From assembly GCF_030013595.1 (NCBI RefSeq), contig NZ_CP122768.1: a stretch of 64,000 nt of DNA; one strand, written 5' to 3'. The position numbers were made by a program, and so were the translations under genes. The notes under the pieces are model-generated. The model made no database searches, was not told the origin of the DNA, and worked only from the letters and a program-made list of their open reading frames with translations. This document shows positions 41,400-52,971 of this stretch, piece after piece. The first letter of the stretch is position 1. Every line of letters begins with the position of its first letter. The stretch is from Escherichia coli (lineage in GTDB: Bacteria > Pseudomonadota > Gammaproteobacteria > Enterobacterales > Enterobacteriaceae).

Positions 41400-42179
41400 C
41401 TAGCAGGTCGCAGTGTTTGGCAGGTTCAGCGCAAGTGCTTTCGCACTTTGCAGTGCCAGGTTGAGATCTTTCTGGTGCAGCGCAATTTTAAAACCTGGAT
41501 TAAAGGTGCGTTTAATCATGCGCTCACCGTGAACTTCCAGAATACGTGAGGAAGCAAAGCCGCCCATCAGCGCCTGGCGCACACGTACCGGATCCGCTCC
41601 GGCTTTTGAAGCAAATAGCAGGGCTTCAGAAACCGCTTCAATATTGAGCGCCACGATAATCTGATTTGCCACTTTGCAGGTTTGACCGTCGCCGTTACCG
41701 CCCACGAGGGTGATATTTTTACCGAGCAGTTCAAACAGCGGTTTAACACGTTCAAATACCGCTTCGTCGCCGCCAACCATAATCGACAACGTCCCTTCAC
41801 GCGCGCCGATTTCACCGCCGGAGACGGGCGCATCGAGATAATCGCCGCACAGTTCATTCACCTGACGAGCGAAACGTTTAGTTTCGATCGGGGAAATGGA
41901 GCTCATATCAACAATGGTTTTGCCCTTCAGCGAGGTTTTGGTACAACCATTTTCACCAAACAGAACTTCTTCAACCTGTGGCGTATCCGGCACCATAATA
42001 AAAATGATGTCCGATGCTTCCGTTACCTGGCGCGCAGTTTCAACACTGACGGCACCCAGTGACAGTAATTCATCAGCAACCGGACCAATGGTTGTGACAT
42101 GCAGTTGATGACCGGCACGCGCCAGATTAATGGCCATCGGTGTACCCATAATGCCTAAGCCAATAAATCCCAGTTTCAT
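41400..42179 (-). CDS. glxR: Tartronate semialdehyde reductase GlxR, C-terminally truncated by an in-frame TAG (259 aa vs 292 aa full length); possible pseudogene
   Basis: Stop at 41400-41402; the same frame continues with ELFNTCAANGGSQLDHSALVQALELMANHKLA to TGA at 41301-41303. Confidence 0.85.
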   Translation of the reverse strand: MKLGFIGLGIMGTPMAINLARAGHQLHVTTIGPVADELLSLGAVSVETARQVTEASDIIFIMVPDTPQVEEVLFGENGCTKTSLKGKTIVDMSSISPIETKRFARQVNELCGDYLDAPVSGGEIGAREGTLSIMVGGDEAVFERVKPLFELLGKNITLVGGNGDGQTCKVANQIIVALNIEAVSEALLFASKAGADPVRVRQALMGGFASSRILEVHGERMIKRTFNPGFKIALHQKDLNLALQSAKALALNLPNTATC

Positions 42180-42278
42180 AATTAACCTCTTTTAAATTTC
42201 GCTTTTCCTGAATTCAGACAACACGATCCCCTGCCGACTTAGCGACCTAAAAAAGCATTGTCTGAATAGCGTTACGTT

Positions 42279-43055
42279 TTAACGGTACGGATCCATCCAG
42301 CGTAAACCGGCTTCCGTGGTGGTTTGGGGTTTATATTCACACCCAACCCAACCGTTGTAGTCAGAATTTTCAATTACCGTAAAGAGATATTCGTAATTAA
42401 TTTCTCCGGTTCCCGGTTCGCCGCGATGCGGATTATCGGCAATTTGCAGGTGACCAATTTTATCCGCCCATTGAGTCATAGTGTTGGTTAATTCACCTTC
42501 CATCCGCTGCATGTGATAAATGTCATACTGAATTTTCAAATTGCAGCAACCAACATCATCAATCAGTTTCAGCGCCTGCCGAGTTCCGGTGAGATGGAAA
42601 CCAGGAATATCAAAATGGTTGATAGGTTCAATCAGTAATAAAATATCTTCTTTCATCAGCATATTCGCGGCATAACGCAGGTTTTCTACAAGCGTTGTGT
42701 GAATCTGTTCACTGCTGAAACCAGCCGGCGTTTTACCAACCAGACAGTTAATTTTTTTATTACCCAGCGCACGAGCATAACGAATCGCTGCTGCTACGCC
42801 ATCCCGAAACTCTTCTTCACGACCAGGAATACAAGCAATACCCCGCTCGCCCGCCGCCCAGTCACCTGCCGGTAAATTGTGCAACGTATGTTCGAGTTTA
42901 TTACTCGCCAGCACCTGTTTTAATTCTTCAATGTCATAGTCATAAGGGAACATAAATTCAACGCCGCGAAAACCACACTGCGCAGCTTTCTCAAAACGGG
43001 CGAGAAAATCATATTCACCAAATAACATCGATAAATTAGCAGAGAAACGTAACAT
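42279..43055 (-). CDS. hyi: Hydroxypyruvate isomerase Hyi
   Basis: 258 aa TIM-barrel. Confidence 0.9.
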   Translation of the reverse strand: MLRFSANLSMLFGEYDFLARFEKAAQCGFRGVEFMFPYDYDIEELKQVLASNKLEHTLHNLPAGDWAAGERGIACIPGREEEFRDGVAAAIRYARALGNKKINCLVGKTPAGFSSEQIHTTLVENLRYAANMLMKEDILLLIEPINHFDIPGFHLTGTRQALKLIDDVGCCNLKIQYDIYHMQRMEGELTNTMTQWADKIGHLQIADNPHRGEPGTGEINYEYLFTVIENSDYNGWVGCEYKPQTTTEAGLRWMDPYR

Positions 43056-43067
43056 TATTTATCTCCC

Positions 43068-44849
43068 TTATTCATAGTGCATGAAGCAGGTTTCAGTCGG
43101 TGCGTCCACTGCGTTATCGGCGATATCTTCAAATTCCATGACGTTATCCAGTTCGCTGCCCATCGAAATATTGGTCACACGCTCGAGAATAACTTCCACG
43201 ACTACCGGTACCCGATATTGCGCCATTAAGGCTTTCGCCTGTTCAAAGGCTGGTGCAATATCTTCCGGTTTGAAAACGCGAATCGCTTTACAACCTAAAC
43301 CTTCCGCTACTTTTACGTGGTCGACGCCGTAACCGTTCACTTCACTGGAGTTAATATTTTCGAACGCGAGCTGTACGCAGTAATCCATATCAAACGCGCG
43401 CTGCGACTGGCGAATCAGCCCCAGATAGGCGTTATTGACCAGTACATGGATGTACGGAATGTTGAACTGTGCGCCAACGGCTAATTCTTCAATCAGGAAC
43501 TGGAAGTCGAAGTCACCGGAAATCGCCACCACATTGCGCTCTGGATCAGCGGCACACACGCCCAGCGCCGCCGGAATGGTCCAGCCCAACGGGCCTGCCT
43601 GCCCACAGTTGATCCAGTGGCGGTCTTTAAAGACATGCAGCATTTGTGCCGCAGCGATTTGTGACAGACCAATGGTGGTGACATAACAAACATCGCGACC
43701 AAAGGCTTTGTTCATCTCTTCATACACGCGCTGCGGTTTCACCGGCACATTGTCGAAGTGGGTTTTGCGCAGCAAAGTGCGTTTGCGCTGCTGGCAGTCG
43801 GCGACCCATTCTTTACGACACGGCAGACGACCCGCTTTTTGCATCTCCTGCGCCACTTCAACCAGCAGTGTCAGCGCCGCTTTAGCATCAGAGACAATGC
43901 CGAGATCCGGACACAGCACGCGGCCAATTTGCGTCGGCTCAATATCGATATGAACGATTTTGCGCCCTTCGGTGTATTTCTCTACCGAACCGGTATGACG
44001 GTTCGCAAAACGGTTACCGATACCAAACACCATGTCGGACGCCAGTAGCGTTGCGTTACCGTAACGATGCGCGGTTTGCAGACCCACCATCCCGGCCATC
44101 AGTTCGTGGTCATCCGGGATACAGCCCCAGCCCATCAGCGTTGGGATCACCGGAACGCTGGTCAGTTCAGCAAACTGTTGTAGCAGTGCAGCTGCGTCAG
44201 CATTGATTACCCCGCCCCCGGCAACAATCACCGGACGTTCGGCCTGAATTAACATTTCTACCGCTTTTTCGATCTGCATACGGCTGGCAGCAGGTTTGTA
44301 GACCGGCAGCGGTTCGTACATGTCAGGATCAAACTCGATTTCCGCAACCTGAACGTCGAACGGTAAATCCACCAGTACCGGACCCGGACGACCAGAACGC
44401 ATCAGGTGAAACGCCTGTTGCAGCACGCGAGGCACCAGCGCCGCTTCACGAACTGTAACCGCCATTTTGCTGACCGGTTTAGCAATTGCTTCAATATCTA
44501 CGGCCTGAAAATCTTCTTTATGCAGACGGGCGCGCGGTGCCTGGCCGGTAATGCACAGAATAGGAATGGAATCAGCAGAAGCGGAATAGAGCGCGGTGAT
44601 CATGTCCGTGCCCGCAGGACCGGAAGTCCCCAGACATACGCCGATATTCCCTGCCGTTGCGCGGGTATAACCTTCCGCCATGTGCGAAGCACCTTCCACA
44701 TGACGCGCCAGAATGTGACGAATACCGCCGTGCTTACGCATCGCTGAGTAGAACGGATTGATTGCAGCTCCCGGAACGCCGAAGGCGGTGGTGATACCTT
44801 CTTTCTCCAGCACATACATTGCCGCGTCAACGGCTCTCATTTTTGCCAT
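43068..44849 (-). CDS. gcl: Glyoxylate carboligase Gcl
   Basis: 593 aa from [18 protein letters not shown]; ThDP enzyme; AGGAAT SD; ORF track upstream extension ignored. Confidence 0.95.
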   Translation of the reverse strand: MAKMRAVDAAMYVLEKEGITTAFGVPGAAINPFYSAMRKHGGIRHILARHVEGASHMAEGYTRATAGNIGVCLGTSGPAGTDMITALYSASADSIPILCITGQAPRARLHKEDFQAVDIEAIAKPVSKMAVTVREAALVPRVLQQAFHLMRSGRPGPVLVDLPFDVQVAEIEFDPDMYEPLPVYKPAASRMQIEKAVEMLIQAERPVIVAGGGVINADAAALLQQFAELTSVPVIPTLMGWGCIPDDHELMAGMVGLQTAHRYGNATLLASDMVFGIGNRFANRHTGSVEKYTEGRKIVHIDIEPTQIGRVLCPDLGIVSDAKAALTLLVEVAQEMQKAGRLPCRKEWVADCQQRKRTLLRKTHFDNVPVKPQRVYEEMNKAFGRDVCYVTTIGLSQIAAAQMLHVFKDRHWINCGQAGPLGWTIPAALGVCAADPERNVVAISGDFDFQFLIEELAVGAQFNIPYIHVLVNNAYLGLIRQSQRAFDMDYCVQLAFENINSSEVNGYGVDHVKVAEGLGCKAIRVFKPEDIAPAFEQAKALMAQYRVPVVVEVILERVTNISMGSELDNVMEFEDIADNAVDAPTETCFMHYE

Positions 44850-44869
44850 TTTATTCCTACCTCTATTAA

Positions 44870-44886
44870 TTGGAAAAATTTTCCAA
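44870..44886. promoter_or_regulatory. Putative AllR operator in gcl promoter
   Basis: Perfect palindrome TTGGAAAAATTTTCCAA about 20 bp upstream of the gcl start. Confidence 0.5.
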
Positions 44887-44901
44887 CTTTCAAATTTTGT
44901 C

Positions 44902-44926
44902 AAAAAAACCCGCTCCGCAGAGCGGG
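44902..44926 (-). terminator. Rho-independent terminator after allR
   Basis: cccgct...agcggg hairpin with U-run on the minus strand. Confidence 0.5.
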
Positions 44927-44938
44927 ATGCGACAGACA

Positions 44939-45754
44939 CTATGGATGTGCTTTCAGTCCCAACGCCGTGCTGATATCGCGGGCGGTGTCTCTGACCAGCT
45001 CACCCTGACTGACAAAACGATCTTCTGTCAGTCTTGATGAAGGCCCGGAGATGGAGATAGCGGCAACAACGCTACCTACATCATCGTAAATTGCTGAAGC
45101 TATGCAATTCAGACCGACAACATGCTCTTCTTTATCTACGGTATAGCCCAGTTCACGCGCTTGTTCCAGGTCCTTCAGCAAGGTGGGCATATCCACAAGC
45201 GTCGTTGGCGTAAACTGCTGCAAACCGGTTTGCAGAATGATGCTCATCAACTCCTCTTCCGCCAGCGGATAAAGCAGCGCCTTGCCCGCACCGGAAGCAT
45301 GCAGCGGCAGACGACTGCCCAGCGGCGCACACATCCTGACCATCGATTTACACTCCAACTGACCAATTAATACTGCTTCATTGCCGTTACGAATCGCGAC
45401 ATTGACCGTTTCGCCGGAAAGTAACATCAGGCGGCGCATAAACGGCCCGGCGACGGAGAGGACATCGCGGTTATGGATGTACGCCGCACCGACGTTAAAA
45501 ACACCTAATCCTATATGCCACCAGCCTAACTGACTGTCCTGGTAGACAAAATCCGCTGCCTGTAAAACCTTCAGCAAGCGAAAGGTCGTGGAGAGCGGCA
45601 AATCCAGATTGAGAGAAATATCGCTAACCGACGAACTCCCCCCACTTTTTTCCAGATATTGCAGAATCGCAATTCCCCGCTCTAACGCCTGTGCGCCCTT
45701 CTGTGCCACAGGCTCCGCCTGTCCTGGCCTGCCGCGCCGTCTAACTTCCGTCAT
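44939..45754 (-). CDS. allR: IclR-family repressor AllR
   Basis: 271 aa. Confidence 0.9.
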
Positions 45755-45831
45755 ACCTACGTTAACTCCGACCTACAAGTGAGCATAAACAATGAACAAT
45801 TAGTTTATCTTATGCAAGTCGGTTGCAGGCG

Positions 45832-46314
45832 TCACGCAAAACAGAGTTCCTGTTCAGGAATACTTTCAACATCACAGTTGTCACTGCCGCCGCGATCGAT
45901 GGTCAGAAAATCGGTGACGCGCTGCCAGGCGAAAAGTGGGTGATGCCAGACGTTACGATGGTAATTCACTCCCTGTTCGCCGTTGGTAATAAACGCCCGC
46001 AGAGTTGACAGGTCTGGTTTGTCGTCACCTAACGCCACGACCACCACAAACACTTCACCTTTCATCGGGATAAAGGCCTGAGTACCCAGCGGATGACGTT
46101 CGAGTTCGTGAATGGTCAGCGGCAGATTCGCCGGTTGCGCGCGGTTAATGCTGATAAGCGTACGGTCTTGCTCAAGAATCTCAACCAGCGCCAAATCGTG
46201 GTAACGCTCCACCAGGCCATTGTTAATATGGAAAAAATCCCGTTGCTGCGTTTCGATTACATCGCCATAAGCACTAAAGGCTTCCTGACTTAACGGTAAT
46301 ACCTGAAGTTTCAT
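45832..46314 (-). CDS. allA: Ureidoglycolate lyase AllA
   Basis: 160 aa, [21 protein letters not shown]... Confidence 0.9.
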
Positions 46315-46419
46315 CTTTTTGTCCTTGTAACATAATTCCGTTCAACCACCGCCGACCGGTCAGCTTGGTTTCAATAACAGGCAATCTAAAACCTTAAGAG
46401 AACAACATCAACACAAAAG

Positions 46420-46436
46420 TTGGAATATTTTTCCAA
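46420..46436. promoter_or_regulatory. Putative AllR operator in allA-allS intergenic region
   Basis: Palindrome TTGGAATATTTTTCCAA. Confidence 0.5.
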
Positions 46437-46543
46437 AACTAGATTTAGTCCACAAATTGAACAGGGTTATCATGTAAAAATACTGATAAATCAGAGGATA
46501 AGAAAATCACGCAACTTGCGGATTTAAAAGGGGATACCTGAAG

Positions 46544-47470
46544 ATGTTCGATCCAGAAACCTTGCGGACTTTCATTGCGGTTGCTGAAACAGGAAGTTTT
46601 TCAAAAGCGGCAGAACGATTATGTAAAACCACGGCGACGATCAGTTATCGCATTAAACTTCTGGAAGAGAATACCGGAGTAGCGCTGTTTTTCCGCACGA
46701 CTCGCAGCGTGACATTGACAGCGGCTGGCGAGCATCTACTTTCTCAGGCCAGAGACTGGCTGAGCTGGCTGGAAAGTATGCCAAGCGAGCTGCAACAGGT
46801 GAATGATGGCGTGGAACGCCAGGTGAATATTGTCATCAACAACCTGCTCTATAATCCCCAGGCCGTCGCCCAGTTGCTGGCGTGGCTGAATGAGCGTTAC
46901 CCCTTTACCCAGTTTCACATCTCCCGACAAATCTATATGGGCGTCTGGGACTCGCTATTGTACGAAGGTTTTTCGCTGGCTATCGGCGTCACGGGAACTG
47001 AGGCGCTGGCAAATACCTTTAGTCTTGATCCCTTAGGATCGGTGCAATGGCGCTTTGTCATGGCGGCGGATCATCCGCTGGCGAACGTTGAAGAGCCGCT
47101 AACAGAAGCTCAGTTGCGTCGCTTTCCGGCGGTCAATATTGAAGACAGCGCCCGCACCTTAACCAAACGCGTCGCCTGGCGATTGCCAGGGCAAAAAGAG
47201 ATTATTGTTCCTGATATGGAAACGAAAATCGCCGCCCATCTGGCGGGCGTTGGCATTGGTTTTTTGCCAAAATCACTTTGCCAGTCAATGATCGATAATC
47301 AACAACTGGTCAGCCGGGTAATCCCAACGATGCGCCCGCCTTCGCCATTGAGTCTGGCATGGCGCAAATTTGGCAGCGGCAAAGCGGTAGAAGATATTGT
47401 GACCTTGTTTACCCAGCGCAGGCCGGAAATCAGCGGATTTTTAGAAATTTTCGGCAACCCACGCAGTTAA
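46544..47470 (+). CDS. allS: LysR-family activator AllS
   Basis: 308 aa with N-terminal HTH. Confidence 0.9.
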
Positions 47471-47523
47471 AAATCAAGTTTCCTTGCGCGTTGGCGCGTA
47501 AAATAGCGTGCAAGCTGATTTGA

Positions 47524-48633
<1,110 letters not shown>

Positions 48634-48695
48634 TGGGCGGTATTCTGAAACGGCGATTGTCGTGAGAACAAAATGGTTGCACCAGAATACAGATA

Positions 48696-48733
48696 TAAAA
48701 AAACCGACATGACAGTCGGTTTTTTTATTTTTT
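48696..48733 (+). terminator. Rho-independent terminator after mnmH
   Basis: aaaaaaaccgacatgacagtcggtttttttatttttt; a degenerate second copy lies at 49174-49203. Confidence 0.6.
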
Positions 48734-49044
48734 CCGCCCAAGACTTGGTGGTTCCGGGCAGAAATGAAACAGTCCTCATCTAGCAAGTGAATTATAAGTC
48801 AGGATGCCTACATATTCAAACAGCTATGTTGGCGATACAATCCCGACGCTAGTAGTGATACTGCCTCAAGGGATTACCGCAGTGCGGAAAAGTACTTTTA
48901 AGTCCTGGTCAGGATACAGGTGGTGCTGATTCTGGTGCTCTAATTTGGAGAGAGGCAGTCCTCATCTAGCACATGAAGAAAATCATAGTTACAGGCAACG
49001 TAAGGGTAAGCTGTGATTGTCTTTCTCCCTTAAGGGAGCAACGG

Positions 49045-49128
49045 ATGAAAACTTTTCTCGATAAAGTTCTCATCGTTCTTAAGGCGCTAATCGCGCTGCT
49101 GGAACTGATCCGTCAGTTTATTGAATAA
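49045..49128 (+). CDS. Candidate small protein, 27 aa amphipathic peptide (MKTFLDKVLIVLKALIALLELIRQFIE)
   Basis: AAGGGAG SD 6 nt upstream; SD lies in the palindrome ctccc-ttaa-gggag; strong hairpin aaggccgaagg...ccttcggcctt downstream; not in the ORF track because it is under 60 aa. Confidence 0.35.
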   Translation: MKTFLDKVLIVLKALIALLELIRQFIE

Positions 49129-49231
49129 CTGAGGAAACGTAGCTAAGGCCGAAGGTTTACCACCTTCGGCCTTTAAAAAAACCGACATGACAGTTGGTTT
49201 CATATTTATTGCCAAAATGCACACTGTTCAT

Positions 49232-49330
49232 GCCAGATGCGGCGTAAACGCCTTATCCGGCCTACACAATCTTGCAAAATCAATATATTGCACGCTCTTC
49301 GTAGGCCTGATAAGCGTAGCGCATCAGGCA
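49232..49330. repeat. REP/BIME palindromic elements
   Basis: gccagatgcggcgtaaacgccttatccggcc and aggcctgataagcgtagcgcatcaggc. Confidence 0.55.
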
Positions 49331-49345
49331 ATCTAACACCTGTCA

Positions 49346-51694
49346 TCACCCCGCAAACTGCCTGAACAGCGCCTTACCCTTAACCAGTCGCGCGCCCAGC
49401 CAGCCGCCGCAAAGCGACAGCAGCAGCGCACCGCTGCACGGCAGAACAATCCACAATCGCCAGTCTGGCTCCCACGGAAAATCAAACACTTTCGCCTGCA
49501 ACACTGCCAGCGCCGTTTCCGCACCAATTGCGGCCACCAGGCCAGAAACAAACCCGAGCATGGCGAACTCACACCACAACGTGGTACGCAGCAGTTTTTT
49601 CCCCGCACCGAGTGTGCGCCACACCACCAGCTCCTGATGACGCTGACGCATTCCCACCTGCACCTGTGCCAGCAACAGCAACATACCGCAGGCGGTGACC
49701 AGCACCACCATCACCTCCAGCGCCCGACTTACCTGCTCCAGCACCTGACCGACCTGTTTTAAAATCGCGCCAATGTCTAACAGGCTAATGGTAGGGAACT
49801 GGCGGTTGAGTTGCGTCAACATGCCGTTGCCATTCTCCCAGCGGAAACTGGTAAGCCAGCTCTGCGGTTGCCCGTCTAATGCCCCTTCCGGGAAAATAAA
49901 ATAGAAATTAGGCCGCAGACTTTCCCAGTCCACTTTGCGCAGGCTGGTCACTTTAGCGCGGAACTCCTGGGTATCGCCCATAAAGGTGACTGTATCGCCG
50001 AGGCCAACGTTTAAGCGTTTCGCCAGCCCCTCTTCCATCGACACTTCATCGGCTTTTGGCGGCCAGTTACCGGCGACAATCGGATTATGATCGGGCCGCG
50101 TATTTTGCCAGGTAAGATTAAGTTCGCGATTGAGCGCCTCATCTTCATTGCCTTCTGTCGGCTTGCCGTTAATCGCCGTCAGTCTCGCCCGCACCACCGG
50201 ATAAAATGATTCCGGGACTATCTGATGTTCCGCGAGGAACGCTTTTAGCGGTGCTACCTGTTCTGTGGCGATGTTGATTAAAAAGTAGTTCGGGCTTTCT
50301 GGCGGTAGCTGCTGTTGCCAGCGGTCGAGCAGATCGCCACGCAATACCAGCAACAGCGCCAGCAGCATAAAGGAGAGCGAAAATGCCGAAAGCTGGCTTA
50401 ACGTTGACCACGGCTGACGTAACAGGCGGCTAACCGCCAGGCGCAGAGGCAGCGATTTCAGCGTCATGCGGCGAAGTACATTCAGCAGCATGCTGCCACC
50501 CATTAATCCGGCGAGCAGCACCACAACCACCACACTGACAATCGGCAGATAAAACTTCAGCGGCCAGACGTTCGCTACCACATCATTACGTAATACGCGT
50601 AAAGGCTGCGTTGCCAGCAACAAGCGGTATGGTCGTAGCCCCACCAGCAGCGAGATAACCGTCATGGTGCCCAGCGCCCATAGCCACGGCCAGAGGCTGG
50701 CTGGCGGTAGTGCAGCAGGCAGAACGGGCTTGAGCAGCACCATCAACACGTTTTCGAACAACAGGCCTATCGCCCCGCCGGTAACGGCTGAAAGCGCCAG
50801 CACCATCAACCACTGACCGACGATTAGCTTACGCAGTTGCGCTCGCCCTGCCCCCAGCGTTTTGAGGATCGCCACCAGATCGTAGCGACTGCGACAGTAA
50901 TGATTCATCGCCACCGCCACCGCTGCCACTGCCAGCAGCAAGGTCAGAAGCGCCGAAAGCAGCAGGAACTGTTGCGAGCGTTCCATCGAGCGCCCCAGCG
51001 CGCCTTCGTCCTGTTCCAGACCGTACCAGCGTTGTTCGGGTTTAAGCTGGGGTAACAACCATTTCTCATAGCCGTCGAGCTGGTTCTCGTTGCCGCCGAA
51101 TTTATAGCGCCAGGTGACCCGACTTCCCGGCTGCACGGCTCCGGTTTTATCGACATCCGCCAGATTCATCATCAGACGCGGAGCCATCTGGAAGGGGTTA
51201 AAACCGGAATCCGGTTCCTGAATCACTTCTCCGGCAATCCGCAAGGTGGCATCACCCACGTCGATGGTGTCGCCTGTTTTCAGGTTAAGCAGTGCCATCA
51301 GGCGTGGGGCCAGCAATACGCTGCCCGCCTGCGGTTTCAGGCCAGGGGGATTAGTTTGCAGATCGCCATACATCGGGTAGATATCATCCACCGCTTTGAC
51401 GTTCGCCAGCTGCGGTGTGTCGCCTGCAAATGTCATGGTGGCGAAAGTCAGCTGCTTGCCGACTTTCAGGCCGCGCTTTTGCGCTTCCTCCAGCCACGCT
51501 TGCGGCACTTCGCGCGAACTGCGCAACGCCCGATCGCCCGCCATAAACTCCCGGCTTTGCTGGCTTAAGCCCTTCTCCATGCGATCGCTGATATTGCCCA
51601 GCGCCAGCACGCAGGCCACCGCCAGGCTTAGCGCCAGCCAGACAATTAATAGCGACGGCGAGCGCCATTCGCGCCAGAACCAACGTGCAATCAT
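49346..51694 (-). CDS. ybbP: ABC transporter permease YbbP (FtsX-like)
   Basis: 782 aa multi-pass membrane protein; 4-nt overlap with ybbA. Confidence 0.9.
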   Translation of the reverse strand: MIARWFWREWRSPSLLIVWLALSLAVACVLALGNISDRMEKGLSQQSREFMAGDRALRSSREVPQAWLEEAQKRGLKVGKQLTFATMTFAGDTPQLANVKAVDDIYPMYGDLQTNPPGLKPQAGSVLLAPRLMALLNLKTGDTIDVGDATLRIAGEVIQEPDSGFNPFQMAPRLMMNLADVDKTGAVQPGSRVTWRYKFGGNENQLDGYEKWLLPQLKPEQRWYGLEQDEGALGRSMERSQQFLLLSALLTLLLAVAAVAVAMNHYCRSRYDLVAILKTLGAGRAQLRKLIVGQWLMVLALSAVTGGAIGLLFENVLMVLLKPVLPAALPPASLWPWLWALGTMTVISLLVGLRPYRLLLATQPLRVLRNDVVANVWPLKFYLPIVSVVVVVLLAGLMGGSMLLNVLRRMTLKSLPLRLAVSRLLRQPWSTLSQLSAFSLSFMLLALLLVLRGDLLDRWQQQLPPESPNYFLINIATEQVAPLKAFLAEHQIVPESFYPVVRARLTAINGKPTEGNEDEALNRELNLTWQNTRPDHNPIVAGNWPPKADEVSMEEGLAKRLNVGLGDTVTFMGDTQEFRAKVTSLRKVDWESLRPNFYFIFPEGALDGQPQSWLTSFRWENGNGMLTQLNRQFPTISLLDIGAILKQVGQVLEQVSRALEVMVVLVTACGMLLLLAQVQVGMRQRHQELVVWRTLGAGKKLLRTTLWCEFAMLGFVSGLVAAIGAETALAVLQAKVFDFPWEPDWRLWIVLPCSGALLLSLCGGWLGARLVKGKALFRQFAG

Positions 51695-52377
51695 GCTTCC
51701 TCCTGCAACTGCCCGTTCATCAGCCGTAAGCAGCGGTCGCAGCGTGCCGCCAGTTGCAGGTCGTGGGTCACCATAATCAACGTGGTGCCATGTTCACGGT
51801 TGAGGGAAAACAGCAGGTCGGCAATTTTATCGCCCGTCTGGCGGTCAAGGTTGCCGGTGGGTTCGTCGGCAAACAGCACATCAGGCCGACCATTAAAGGC
51901 TCGCGCCAGCGCCACTCGTTGCTGTTCGCCGCCGGAAAGCTGTGCCGGAAGATGATCAAGACGTTTACCCAGCCCTAACTGTTCGAGCAACGCTTTCGCT
52001 CCGTTACGACTTTCCGCGCTACTCTCACCGCGCAGCAGCGCCGGAAGCTCGACGTTTTCCAGCGCGTTAAGGGTAGGAATTAACATAAATGACTGAAAAA
52101 CAAAGCCGACGTGCTTCGCGCGCAACTTTGCCCGCGCTTCTTCGTCCATATTATGTAGCGGTTGTCCCACCAGACTCACTTCGCCACTGCTGCCGTCATC
52201 CAGCCCGGCGAGGATCGCCAGCAAGGTTGACTTACCCGATCCCGACTCGCCCACCAGTGCGATGGTCTCGCCACGTTTGACAACCAGCTCAACTCCGGTG
52301 AGGATGGAGAGTTCATGCTCCCCCTGACCGACGGACTTCTTAAGATGATGAACTTCAACAATGTTTTCCGCTGGCAT
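51691..52377 (-). CDS. ybbA: ABC transporter ATP-binding protein YbbA
   Basis: 228 aa; Walker A GESGSGKST, signature LSGGEQQR. Confidence 0.9.
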   Translation of the reverse strand: MPAENIVEVHHLKKSVGQGEHELSILTGVELVVKRGETIALVGESGSGKSTLLAILAGLDDGSSGEVSLVGQPLHNMDEEARAKLRAKHVGFVFQSFMLIPTLNALENVELPALLRGESSAESRNGAKALLEQLGLGKRLDHLPAQLSGGEQQRVALARAFNGRPDVLFADEPTGNLDRQTGDKIADLLFSLNREHGTTLIMVTHDLQLAARCDRCLRLMNGQLQEEA

Positions 52378-52971
52378 TTGCCCTTCCTGTTCCTGGTCCT
52401 GTTAACCTTCCGTGCCGCCGCAGCGGACACGTTATTGATTCTGGGTGATAGCCTGAGCGCCGGGTATCGAATGTCTGCCAGCGCGGCCTGGCCTGCCTTG
52501 TTGAATGATAAGTGGCAGAGTAAAACGTCGGTAGTCAATGCCAGCATCAGCGGCGACACCTCGCAACAAGGGCTGGCGCGCCTTCCGGCTCTGCTGAAAC
52601 AGCATCAGCCGCGCTGGGTGCTGGTAGAACTGGGCGGCAATGACGGTTTGCGTGGTTTTCAGCCACAGCAAACCGAGCAAACGCTGCGCCAGATTTTGCA
52701 GGATGTCAAAGCCGCCAACGCTGAACCATTGTTAATGCAAATACGTCTGCCTGCAAACTATGGTCGCCGTTATAATGAAGCCTTTAGCGCCATTTACCCC
52801 AAACTCGCCAAAGAGTTTGATGTTCCGCTGCTGCCCTTTTTTATGGAAGAGGTCTATCTCAAACCACAATGGATGCAGGATGACGGTATTCATCCCAACC
52901 GCGACGCCCAGCCGTTTATTGCCGACTGGATGGCGAAGCAGTTGCAGCCTTTAGTAAATCATGACTCATAA
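52345..52971 (+). CDS. tesA: Thioesterase I / lysophospholipase L1 TesA
   Basis: 208 aa from MMNFNNVF; SGNH hydrolase GDSLS motif. Confidence 0.9.
   Translation: MMNFNNVFRWHLPFLFLVLLTFRAAAADTLLILGDSLSAGYRMSASAAWPALLNDKWQSKTSVVNASISGDTSQQGLARLPALLKQHQPRWVLVELGGNDGLRGFQPQQTEQTLRQILQDVKAANAEPLLMQIRLPANYGRRYNEAFSAIYPKLAKEFDVPLLPFFMEEVYLKPQWMQDDGIHPNRDAQPFIADWMAKQLQPLVNHDS

Noticed and set aside
48797-48922. 41-codon ORF (MPTYSNSYVGDTIPTLVVILPQGITAVRKSTFKSWSGYRWC) between the cagtcctcatctagca repeats
   Set aside because: No convincing SD and unremarkable composition; kept below reporting threshold, unlike the SD-supported 27-aa ORF.
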